A DNA stretch of 64,000 nucleotides from a candidate division WOR-3 bacterium (GTDB taxonomy: Bacteria > Hydrothermota > Hydrothermia > Hydrothermales > Hydrothermaceae): the NCBI GenBank assembly GCA_039803745.1, contig JBDRZD010000001.1, positions 2,146 through 66,145 of the forward strand, given 5' to 3'. Of this stretch, positions 10,352 through 18,133 are shown piece after piece; the stretch's first letter is position 1, and the number at the start of each line of letters is the position of its first letter. The translations under genes and the position numbers were made by a program. The notes under the pieces are model-generated. The model worked only from the letters and a program-made list of their open reading frames with translations, searched no databases and had not been told where the DNA came from.

Positions 10352-11667
10352 CTTTTAAATTCTCTTATAAAGAATTTTCCCGGGCATAAAGTATATTTAT
10401 TATAATCCCTGTGCATTTTTATTTCCTTTATTTTAAAAATTTTTTTTAAATTAAAAACTAAATTTTTAAGTGCCCTTAATTGCCTTTTTAACGGTTTTTC
10501 TTCTTCAAAATTACCAATCAATGCAATTCCTATGCTATTTTTATTTTTACTCTTTGTATGTGCCCCTTCATAATAAATATTTCTTCCGCAAACTATTTCA
10601 CCATAAGGAGTTATCAAAAAATGATATCCAATATCATTAAAATTTCTTTTTAAATGTTCTCTTTGTATTTTTTTAATTGTTTTTAATCCTTCGTAATCTT
10701 TCCTGCTTGGAATAGCAGTATGATGAATTATTATTCTTTCTGGGAAATTTAAATTCATTTTATCTAAATTGATTTTATAAGGTTTCCAATCTTTTCTTGA
10801 AATGAATTTATTTATTCCACAAATCCTTTCTATTTTTTGTATTCCTTTTATAATTTCTTCATCTTTATATTTTTTGTTTATTTCAAAAACAAGATAAATA
10901 TTCTTTATTTTTTCAATCTCTTTAAAAAGTTCTTTGAAATTAATTTCTCCGTTAAAAGGTGGTCTATGTTCATCAAACCCCTTTATATCATGAATATGAA
11001 TACCGAGGATTTTATCTTTAAAATTTTTTAAATAAGAGGGCTCTTTTAATACCTTTTCCCTGACATAAGCATGACCCAGATCATGCCAGTAATATAAACT
11101 TTTAGAATTCATCTCTTCAAATATTTTACTTAACTCAAAAAAATTTGGAAATTCACCCGGATAAAATCTTATTTCAAGGGCTATATTTATTTTTAATTCC
11201 TCTGATATTTTTAATAATTTTTCAAAATTCTTAAAAAACCTTGATAAATAAATTTTGCTCTTTTTTTCTCTTTCTTTCAAAAATTCTTTCAAAAATTCTT
11301 TTCTTCCTTTTTTAAGAATTTCTTCTCCTATCTCTTCATTCCCTCCTGCATGTATTATTACATATTTCATATTTCTTTCTTTTGCAAATCTAATTGAGTT
11401 CTCAATATACTTTATTGAATTTTTCACAATTTCTTTATCTTCACTTATAAGATCTATAAGTCTTGATGCACCATTTATTTTTTTAACAAGTGGAGCAGGG
11501 GAATGGACTCCAAGAAAAGGAATTCCATATTTATCAAATATTCTTTTGTTTTTAAAAAAATCATTTATTGTATCCCTATAATTTAATTCAGCAAAGAATA
11601 TATTAATTTTTTCAACAATTTTTCTTAATTTCTTATAATCCCCACAGGATGTAGAAATTCCTACCAT
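10348..11667 (-). CDS. Two-domain protein: xylose-isomerase/endonuclease-IV-like TIM barrel fused to an Amidase_2 (AmpD/PGRP-type N-acetylmuramoyl-L-alanine amidase) domain; no signal peptide
   Basis: 439 aa. The N-terminal ~290 aa carry FLGVHSP...YVIIHAGG...WHDLGH...IHIHDIKGFDEHRPPFNGEINF, the metal-binding pattern of the AP_endonuc_2 TIM barrel. The C-terminus carries IIHHTAIPS...GYHFLI...NSIGIALIGNF...HRDYNKYTLCPG, the Zn ligands and the Tyr/Lys of T7-lysozyme/AmpD-type amidases. Confidence 0.65.
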   Translation of the reverse strand: MVGISTSCGDYKKLRKIVEKINIFFAELNYRDTINDFFKNKRIFDKYGIPFLGVHSPAPLVKKINGASRLIDLISEDKEIVKNSIKYIENSIRFAKERNMKYVIIHAGGNEEIGEEILKKGRKEFLKEFLKEREKKSKIYLSRFFKNFEKLLKISEELKINIALEIRFYPGEFPNFFELSKIFEEMNSKSLYYWHDLGHAYVREKVLKEPSYLKNFKDKILGIHIHDIKGFDEHRPPFNGEINFKELFKEIEKIKNIYLVFEINKKYKDEEIIKGIQKIERICGINKFISRKDWKPYKINLDKMNLNFPERIIIHHTAIPSRKDYEGLKTIKKIQREHLKRNFNDIGYHFLITPYGEIVCGRNIYYEGAHTKSKNKNSIGIALIGNFEEEKPLKRQLRALKNLVFNLKKIFKIKEIKMHRDYNKYTLCPGKFFIREFKR

Positions 11668-11668
11668 T

Positions 11669-11900
11669 TTTTTGGCAAAATTACCTTAAAAAATCTTTTT
11701 CCCATATTTTTTGTTCAAAACATAAAAATGGTGCTTTGATCATTCTCTTGGTAAAATTACCTTAAAAAGTCTTTTTTCAAACATTTTTTGGTTTAAACAT
11801 AAAAATGATGCTTTGTTCATTCCTTTGGCAGAATTGCTTCAAAAAGTCCTCTTTCAAATTTTACATCCGGAATCTTTGTAATCCATATTTTAAAATCGTA
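11669..11900. repeat. Tandem direct repeat, about 2.5 units of 76-79 bp, derived from the 3' end of lptD
   Basis: Units 11669-11747 and 11748-11823 are ~85-90% identical (ttggYaaaattaccttaaaaaRtcttttt.caaa.cattttttg.ttYaaacataaaaatgRtgctttgWtcattcYc). Both resemble the genuine gene terminus at 11824-~11900. Each unit keeps a complement of the stop codon and translates to a KMFEKRLFKVILP-like relic of the real C-terminus ERGLFEAILPKE. Confidence 0.7.
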
Positions 11901-13835
11901 ATCCCATATATTTCCTATTCTATGCCAGTTAAACCTTGCTGAAAAACAATGTAAGTTTCTTGTTATAGAAATACTTCTTTCAACAAATATTTTCCTTTCT
12001 GTGTCATAACTTGCATGAAAATTTATAAAAAAGTTTTTTGTCAAACCCCCTTGAATATTAAAATTCAAAAATCCCTTTGCTCCTCCTATATTTTTATATG
12101 TATAAGTTAAATTCATATTCCAGGGAGATACATTTGAGTTAAATAAAAAATCAGATAAAATTTTTAATGGTATATTACCTGAAAGATAAATGTTTAAATC
12201 TTTCCACTTTTTTTCATCTTTATAATAAATCAGGGAAAAAGAAAAATTGAAAGGCAATGTCCTTAAAAGATCTCCGTTTAAATTTATATTACTCCATTCC
12301 TTTTCAATAATATTATAATTTCTGGATAGCACAAATGATAAAATATGTAATCTTTCATTTTTTAATTTTGTTTCATAATCGTTAGCAAGATTAAAAGATA
12401 AAATACTTTTTCTCCTGCATTCTCCAAGACCTAAAAATGGTTTAACTGGTGGATTTTTAATATAAGGTGCGAAACTATAACCTGTTGAAATTGTCATAGT
12501 ATGAAGAAATTTTTCAAATGGTGGTATTTTAAAAATTGAAATTCCATAAATTTTTGTTCCTAAAGATGTATTTAAATTTAAACTCTTTAAAAAGGGATAA
12601 TTTCTTCCAGTTGTATCTTTATTTAAAATTCCTGCCTTTGTATTTAAATTTGCATTTAAATTTAGAACATCAAAAATTATTTTATTTATTCCAATTGCAT
12701 TTCCTGCCATAAATCCGCTTCTTTCTTCTTTTAATATAGTATCTCTGTATATTTCCCTTAAATATGAGAAACTTGCAGAAGTTCTCAAAATTTTAAGATC
12801 TTTTTGAAAGATTGTCAAATTTATTTTTGGTAAATTCATTCTTTCTATTTTATTTATAAAATCCTTTTTATAATTAGAATTTATTAAAAAACTTCCTATT
12901 TTAAAACTTCTTGATAAGGAGATTTCACTTTCTGATTCACTTTTTACCCTTTGAGCCCTTATGTCAGAATACTCTAATATATACTTTTTGTCTGAAACAA
13001 AATCGCTTCTTGCTTTTAAATTAAAACCCAATGGAAGAATTTGATCATGATTACCAATTAAACTCCACCTTTTCATCTTTGTATCAATTTCCCTTGTATA
13101 AGTAAATTTAAAATTTCCAGAAATTTTTTTATACAAAATATAAACAAAATCAACTCCAAAAAGTGCTCCCTTTCTTTCATACAAATCAAGATTTAATGTT
13201 AAATCCATATAATTGTTTATTACAAAGTAATAACTTAAATCCCTTATATAAAGACCAAGATTTGAATTTCTACCAGGTCTTGGAATTAAAAATCCTGATT
13301 TTCTATCCTTTGATATTGGAAATACCCAGAAAGGCAAAATTAAAATGGGTATTTCCTCTATATCCATTAAAACAGGTGTTGCAATAACTGCATCATCTAT
13401 TATAACTTTCATTTTTTTAGAAGTAAAATAATAATGGGGTTCAGAGAGTTCACAGGTTGTGAAAAATCCAGTATACCCTTTAATAACCTTTTTTTCAGTT
13501 TTATAAATTTTTTCTCCCCATACAAATCCCTTTTCAACTTTTGATTTTCCCTTATAAACAAAACCCTTTTGTGTTTTTATATTAAATCTCATCAAAGAAC
13601 CTTTAAGAGTATCTTTCCCTGAAATAAGCACAGGGTTTCCCTTTGCAATTAATAATTCTTCCTTTCTTAAAAATGTGCAGGAATCCGAAAAGAGTTCTAT
13701 ATCTCTATATCTTATATATGCATTTCCTTTCAAAACTATTTTTTCCTCTTCTGGATTATAAAATATTGAGTCTCCTTTAAAATATATTGTGTCTTTAAAT
13801 TGTCCAAAAATAAAGAAAAGAAAAAAATTTAGCAC
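11817..13835 (-). CDS. lptD: LPS-assembly outer-membrane protein LptD (OstA/Imp)
   Basis: 672 aa. Signal peptide, an OstA-like N-terminal domain (LKGNAYIRYRDIELFSD...AKGNPVL), and conserved barrel-entry motifs TTCELSEPHYYF...ILPFWVFPISKDRKSGFLIP...YYF. Confidence 0.75.
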   Translation of the reverse strand: MLNFFLFFIFGQFKDTIYFKGDSIFYNPEEEKIVLKGNAYIRYRDIELFSDSCTFLRKEELLIAKGNPVLISGKDTLKGSLMRFNIKTQKGFVYKGKSKVEKGFVWGEKIYKTEKKVIKGYTGFFTTCELSEPHYYFTSKKMKVIIDDAVIATPVLMDIEEIPILILPFWVFPISKDRKSGFLIPRPGRNSNLGLYIRDLSYYFVINNYMDLTLNLDLYERKGALFGVDFVYILYKKISGNFKFTYTREIDTKMKRWSLIGNHDQILPLGFNLKARSDFVSDKKYILEYSDIRAQRVKSESESEISLSRSFKIGSFLINSNYKKDFINKIERMNLPKINLTIFQKDLKILRTSASFSYLREIYRDTILKEERSGFMAGNAIGINKIIFDVLNLNANLNTKAGILNKDTTGRNYPFLKSLNLNTSLGTKIYGISIFKIPPFEKFLHTMTISTGYSFAPYIKNPPVKPFLGLGECRRKSILSFNLANDYETKLKNERLHILSFVLSRNYNIIEKEWSNINLNGDLLRTLPFNFSFSLIYYKDEKKWKDLNIYLSGNIPLKILSDFLFNSNVSPWNMNLTYTYKNIGGAKGFLNFNIQGGLTKNFFINFHASYDTERKIFVERSISITRNLHCFSARFNWHRIGNIWDYDFKIWITKIPDVKFERGLFEAILPKE

Positions 13836-14629
13836 AATATTCTTAGAATTTTTATAAGAGTCTCCCTCAAATTTCTCCTATCTATAACCTGGTCAATCAT
13901 TCCATGTTTAAGTTGAAATTCAGATTTTTGAAATCCTTCAGGCAATTTTTCACCAATTGTCTGTTGAATAACTCTTGGACCTGTAAATCCTAAAAGTGCA
14001 CCTGGTTCTGCAAGGGAAATATCACCAAGTGCTGCAAAAGATGCCATAACACCTGCCATTGTTGGATCACATAAAACAGTAATGTAAGGAATTTTATTTT
14101 CATAAAGTTTTAATACACTTTCACATGTCTTTACCATTTGCATTAAACTTATTATTCCCTCCTGCATTCTTGCTCCACCACCAGAAGAAGTAATTGCAAT
14201 TAAAGGAATTTTCTCCTCACATACTTTATCTACAATTAGTTTGAATTTTTCACCAACAACAGAGCCCATGCTTCCTGCAAGAAAAGAAAAGTCAGTTAAA
14301 AATATTCCAACTCTTTTACCGTCAATTTTACCAATTCCACATATTGCAGCATCATTAAGTCCTGTTTCTTTTTGAAGTTTTTTAACTTTTTCTTTATATT
14401 CAGGAAATTCAAGGGGGTCAGAAGGTAAATAGTTTTCAAAAAGTTCTTCAAATTCTCCATTATCCATTATTATTTCTATATAAAATTTTGCGTTTACTCT
14501 GAAATGGTAAGAACAAAAAGGACAGACCCATAGATTTTTTTTAAGTTGAACTATATGAAGTATTTCTCCACATTTTTCACATTTTCTCCATATTCCATCA
14601 GGTATTTCTTTTTTTTCTTTAAATAGCAT
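13829..14629 (-). CDS. accD: Acetyl-CoA carboxylase carboxyltransferase beta subunit
   Basis: 266 aa. N-terminal CxxC...CxxC zinc ribbon (CEKCGE...CPFCSYH) and carboxyltransferase motifs GSMGSVVGEK and SSGGARMQEG. Confidence 0.85.
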   Translation of the reverse strand: MLFKEKKEIPDGIWRKCEKCGEILHIVQLKKNLWVCPFCSYHFRVNAKFYIEIIMDNGEFEELFENYLPSDPLEFPEYKEKVKKLQKETGLNDAAICGIGKIDGKRVGIFLTDFSFLAGSMGSVVGEKFKLIVDKVCEEKIPLIAITSSGGGARMQEGIISLMQMVKTCESVLKLYENKIPYITVLCDPTMAGVMASFAALGDISLAEPGALLGFTGPRVIQQTIGEKLPEGFQKSEFQLKHGMIDQVIDRRNLRETLIKILRILC

Positions 14630-15911
14630 TTTTTATTTTTTCCTCATAATTTCTTGCAATTCTCTTTAATTTTTCAATATCAATAGTTTTTATCTCCCCA
14701 TTTTCAACAATTATTTTCCCATTGATAATTACATATTTAACCTGACGGGAATTTATTGAATAAACAATTGCTGAATATGGATTATATAAAGGTATTGATG
14801 GAATATCATCAATATCAATTATTATTATATCAGCCCTTTTACCTTCTTCAATAGAACCTATTTCTTTAAAATTTAAACAATTTGATGCATAAATTGTTGC
14901 CATTTTTATAATTTCCTCAGCAGGTAATATATCAGGTTTTAAATTGATTCCCTTTTGTAAAAATCCTGCTATTCTCATTGCCTCAAACATATCAAGATTA
15001 TTATTTGAAGCAACTCCATCAGTTCCAATTGATACTTTCATATTTTTTTCAATCATTTTATTAATAGGTGCAATTCCAGAGCCCAGTTTTAAATTACTTT
15101 CAGGATTATGGGAAATGGAAACATCTTTTTCTTTTAAAATTTCAATATCTTCATCATCAAGCCATACAGCATGCACAGCAAGAACTTTTGAAGATAAGAT
15201 TTCATTTTTATAAAGATATTTAACAGGTGATAGTCCAAATCTTTCAATTGACTCTTTGTGTTCATTTTTTGTTTCTGATAAATGAATATGTATTATTGTA
15301 TCATATTTTTCAGAAATTTCCTTACATTTTTTTAGAGTTTCTAAAGAACATGTGTATATAGAATGGGGTGCAATTCCTGGATGAATTATTTTATTATTTT
15401 TATAATTTTTTATAAAATTTTCTGCAATTTCTATAGCCTCCTTTGAATTTTTAAAATAAGGGGTTTCAAATTCAAGTATTCCAGGTGTTATAAATCCCCT
15501 TATTCCTGCGTCCTCACATGCTTTTGCAATCTCTTCACAGAAAAAATACATATCACAAAAAGAAGTTGTTCCTGAAAGGAGCATTTCCGCAATGCCAAGG
15601 AGCGATGAGTAATAGACAAAATCTTTTGATAAAAATTTTGATTCAATTGGCCATATATATTCTTTTAACCATTTTTCAAGGGGAAGGTCATCTGCAATTC
15701 CCCTTAAAAATGTCATGGGTATATGGGTATGGGTATTAATAAGACCCGGCATAATTATAGAATTTTTTGCATCTATTTTTGATTTATAATTCCTTTTTTT
15801 GTATTTTCCCTCTCCTACTTCTTTTATTCTTTCACCTTCAATTAAAATATATCCTTCTTCAACAGGCTTTGAACTGACCCTTAGGATAATTCCACCCTGA
15901 ATTAATATCAT
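14619..15911 (-). CDS. TRZ/ATZ-family amidohydrolase (MtaD/SsnA-like nucleoside or SAH deaminase)
   Basis: The track ORF extends to 16028, but its first 39 codons are the antisense of the tRNA. The real start is likely the ATG at 15909-15911 (MILIQGGIILRVSSKPVEEGYILIEGERIKEVG...). It has PGLINTHTHIPMTFLRG and the later HLSE/metal-binding motifs of this amidohydrolase family. Confidence 0.7.
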   Translation of the reverse strand: MILIQGGIILRVSSKPVEEGYILIEGERIKEVGEGKYKKRNYKSKIDAKNSIIMPGLINTHTHIPMTFLRGIADDLPLEKWLKEYIWPIESKFLSKDFVYYSSLLGIAEMLLSGTTSFCDMYFFCEEIAKACEDAGIRGFITPGILEFETPYFKNSKEAIEIAENFIKNYKNNKIIHPGIAPHSIYTCSLETLKKCKEISEKYDTIIHIHLSETKNEHKESIERFGLSPVKYLYKNEILSSKVLAVHAVWLDDEDIEILKEKDVSISHNPESNLKLGSGIAPINKMIEKNMKVSIGTDGVASNNNLDMFEAMRIAGFLQKGINLKPDILPAEEIIKMATIYASNCLNFKEIGSIEEGKRADIIIIDIDDIPSIPLYNPYSAIVYSINSRQVKYVIINGKIIVENGEIKTIDIEKLKRIARNYEEKIKNAI

Positions 15912-15922
15912 TTTGAAATTAA

Positions 15923-15994
15923 AGGCGGCGCCCGGAATCGAACCGAGGTAAGCGGTTTTGCAAACCGCTGCCTGAGCCACTCGGCCACGCCGCC
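15923..15994 (-). tRNA. tRNA-Cys (anticodon GCA); no encoded CCA
   Basis: Reverse complement: GGCGGCGTGGCCGAGTGGCTCAGGCAGCGGTTTGCAAAACCGCTTACCTCGGTTCGATTCCGGGCGCCGCC(T). It has a 7-bp acceptor stem, a GCGGT/ACCGC anticodon stem with loop TTGCAAA, a TTCGATT T-loop and a U discriminator. This is the only GC-rich island in its neighbourhood. Confidence 0.8.
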
Positions 15995-16022
15995 AAATTG
16001 AGTTTATAATTTTAACTTTTCT

Positions 16023-16052
16023 TTGCACTCTTTTTCAAGTAAGGTTTATAAT
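16023..16052 (+). promoter_or_regulatory. Candidate sigma70-type promoter: -35 TTGCAC, 18-bp spacer, -10 TATAAT
   Basis: TTGCAC at 16023-16028 and TATAAT at 16047-16052, about 12 nt before the ATG at 16065. It sits in the 70-bp divergent gap between the tRNA-Cys and the REC-kinase gene. Pattern match only. Confidence 0.35.
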
Positions 16053-16064
16053 ATAAAACTATTT

Positions 16065-17549
16065 ATGAAAAGAATACTTATAGTTGATGATGACGAAAGC
16101 ATAAGAATGATTTTTAAAAAGGTTCTTGAAAATTCAGGATATGAGGTTGAAACTGCATCTAGTGGGATTTATGCGCTAAGCATTCTTGAAAAAGAGAAAT
16201 TTGATGTTTACATTATTGATTTAAAAATGCCTGAAATGGATGGTATTACACTTTTAGAAGAAATAAAGAAAAGAGGTTATGAGGGTATTCCGATAATTTT
16301 AACTGCCTATGGGGATAAGGAAAGTGCTGTTTCTGCCTTAAAACTTGGCGCTTATGATTTTGTTGAAAAACCAATAAGTATAAATGACTTAAAATTTTCT
16401 ATTCAAAGGGCTATTGAGAAAAAGGCATTGATTGAAGAAAATATAAGATTAAAGGAATATCATAAAATAAATAGAATTATAGATGAGATTTTTAATTTTT
16501 TTGATGAAGAGGAATTTTTAAAAAATTTTCCGAGAATATTAGTAAGTGAATTAAATTTTGAGAGTGCAATGATATACATATATAAACCTCTTGAAAAGGT
16601 TTATTTTTATCCAAGATTTATCCCAGAAATTGAAAAATTTATAGACAGAGTTAAAGAAGAGTCTTTTTTATTTGAAGATGTTTATATGTTTCAAAAAATT
16701 TCACCCGATCAAGAAATTCAATCTATTGTTGCAGTGAAATCTTTTTTCCCGCTTATAGAGAGAGAAATAGAGACATTTCGTGTAGTTATAAAACAGGGGG
16801 AAATTTTCTGGAAACATCTTATTCTTAAAGAGAAATTGAAAGATACGCTTGATAAATTAAAAGCATATCATTTATCTGCCCTTAAAACAGGCAGGGTTTC
16901 GGTTATTGGAGAAATAAGTAATTTTTTAATAAAAAATTTTGAGGAACCCTTAAAAGATATTGAGATTGCTCTTTCTTTTTTGAAATCTCGTGAAGATTTG
17001 AGATATTTAAGAGAAACAGGGGAGATTTTTAGAGCATTAAATGATTTGAAAAGGATGTTGAATAATTTTAAAGGGATTATGCAATCATTACCTCTTCAAA
17101 GAAAAAAAACAAAAATAGGAGAACTTATAAATATTTGTTATGAAATTCTTCTGCCAAACTTCAAAGATTCAAAAGTTTTCTTCTGGAGGGAAGGTTTAGA
17201 AGAGGTAGAGATAGATGCTTTTGAATCCCTTTTAGAACATGTTTTTATACATCTTTTTTTAAATTCTCTTGATGCAATGAAAGAGGGAGGAGAATTGAGA
17301 GTTAAAATTTCAGAAGAAGAGGATATTGTAAAGATAGAAGTAATGGATACAGGATACGGTATATCTCCTAAAATAAGGGACAAAATTTTTGAGCCTTTTT
17401 TCACAACAAAAAAAGATGGGCTTGGTCTGGGGCTCTTTTTTGTAAAAAATGCAGTAGAAATGCATGGTGGGAAGATTTATTTTGAAAGTGAAGAAGGTGT
17501 TGGAACAACTTTTTATATAATTTTGCCTAAAAGATGGGAAGGATTATAG
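16065..17549 (+). CDS. Hybrid signalling protein: N-terminal response-regulator receiver domain, central unknown region, C-terminal HATPase_c histidine-kinase-like ATPase
   Basis: Likely start MKRILIVDDDESIRMIF... at 16065 (the track ORF starts earlier, at 16023). REC motifs are present (DD, IIDLKMPEMDG, TAYGDK). The C-terminus has VMDTGYGISPKIRDKIFEPFFTTKKDGLGLGLF...HGGKI (N, G1, G2 boxes). Confidence 0.7.
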   Translation: MKRILIVDDDESIRMIFKKVLENSGYEVETASSGIYALSILEKEKFDVYIIDLKMPEMDGITLLEEIKKRGYEGIPIILTAYGDKESAVSALKLGAYDFVEKPISINDLKFSIQRAIEKKALIEENIRLKEYHKINRIIDEIFNFFDEEEFLKNFPRILVSELNFESAMIYIYKPLEKVYFYPRFIPEIEKFIDRVKEESFLFEDVYMFQKISPDQEIQSIVAVKSFFPLIEREIETFRVVIKQGEIFWKHLILKEKLKDTLDKLKAYHLSALKTGRVSVIGEISNFLIKNFEEPLKDIEIALSFLKSREDLRYLRETGEIFRALNDLKRMLNNFKGIMQSLPLQRKKTKIGELINICYEILLPNFKDSKVFFWREGLEEVEIDAFESLLEHVFIHLFLNSLDAMKEGGELRVKISEEEDIVKIEVMDTGYGISPKIRDKIFEPFFTTKKDGLGLGLFFVKNAVEMHGGKIYFESEEGVGTTFYIILPKRWEGL

Positions 17550-18133
17550 AAATAATTTTTACTTTATTTATACTAATTTTAACATTTCCCTTTTGGATTG
17601 TAATAGGTATTTTAATAAAACTGGAAAGTGACGGGCCTGTACTTTTTACTCAGGAAAGGGTTGGAAAGGATTTAAAGATTTTTAAAATATATAAATTTAG
17701 GACGATGTACATGGATCAAGAGGAAAGACTAAAGGATTACTTGAGGAAAAATCAAAAAGCAAAAAAAGAGTGGGAAAATTATAGAAAACTTAGGAGTTTT
17801 GATCCAAGGGTTACAAAGATGGGAAAAATATTAAGAAAATTCAGTTTTGATGAAATTCCCCAGATTTTGAATGTAATAAAAGGAGATATGAGTTTGGTTG
17901 GTCCGAGACCTTATTTAAAAGAAGAGGTTGTTTACATACCTCCAGAGAATTATGAGATATTTAAGGTGAAACCAGGTATTACAGGGCCATGGCAGGTTAG
18001 TGGAAGGAATAAGATACCTTTTAATGAGAGAATAAGGATTGAAAAAGATTATGCAATGAAAAAGAATTTATTTAAAGACATTGGTTATTTGTTTAAGACG
18101 ATAAATTCAATAGTAAATGGAGAAGGGATATGA
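17534..18133 (+). CDS. Small single-TM sugar phosphotransferase (Bac_transf, PglC/WbaP C-terminal-domain-like)
   Basis: 199 aa with an N-terminal TM helix and DEIPQILNVIKGDMSLVGPRPY, the signature of polyisoprenyl-phosphate hexose-1-P transferases. Confidence 0.8.
   Translation: MGRIIEIIFTLFILILTFPFWIVIGILIKLESDGPVLFTQERVGKDLKIFKIYKFRTMYMDQEERLKDYLRKNQKAKKEWENYRKLRSFDPRVTKMGKILRKFSFDEIPQILNVIKGDMSLVGPRPYLKEEVVYIPPENYEIFKVKPGITGPWQVSGRNKIPFNERIRIEKDYAMKKNLFKDIGYLFKTINSIVNGEGI

Noticed and set aside
11669-11900. Considered whether the 76-79-bp direct repeats could be a small CRISPR array
   Set aside because: There are only ~2.5 contiguous units with no intervening unique spacers. The units are too long, and they are clearly derived from the adjacent lptD coding terminus. 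No cas genes are in the window.
15923-15994. tRNA-Cys as an integration site for a mobile element or genomic island
   Set aside because: I recognised no integrase, excisionase, transposase, phage genes or direct repeat of the tRNA 3' end on either side. The flanking genes are housekeeping.
15912-16028. N-terminal 39-codon extension of the amidohydrolase ORF (MQRKVKIINSIWRRGRVAQAAVCKTAYLG...) reported in the ORF track
   Set aside because: It is the antisense translation of the tRNA-Cys gene and its flank, GC-rich and unlike the rest of the protein. The real start is the ATG at 15909-15911.
15995-16064. Replication origin exactly at the strand-switch gap
   Set aside because: The gap is only 70 bp. 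It has no recognisable DnaA boxes (TTATCCACA-like), no repeated AT-rich 13-mers beyond background, and no dnaA or dnaN nearby. The strand switch is real, but an oriC call is unsupported without GC-skew data.
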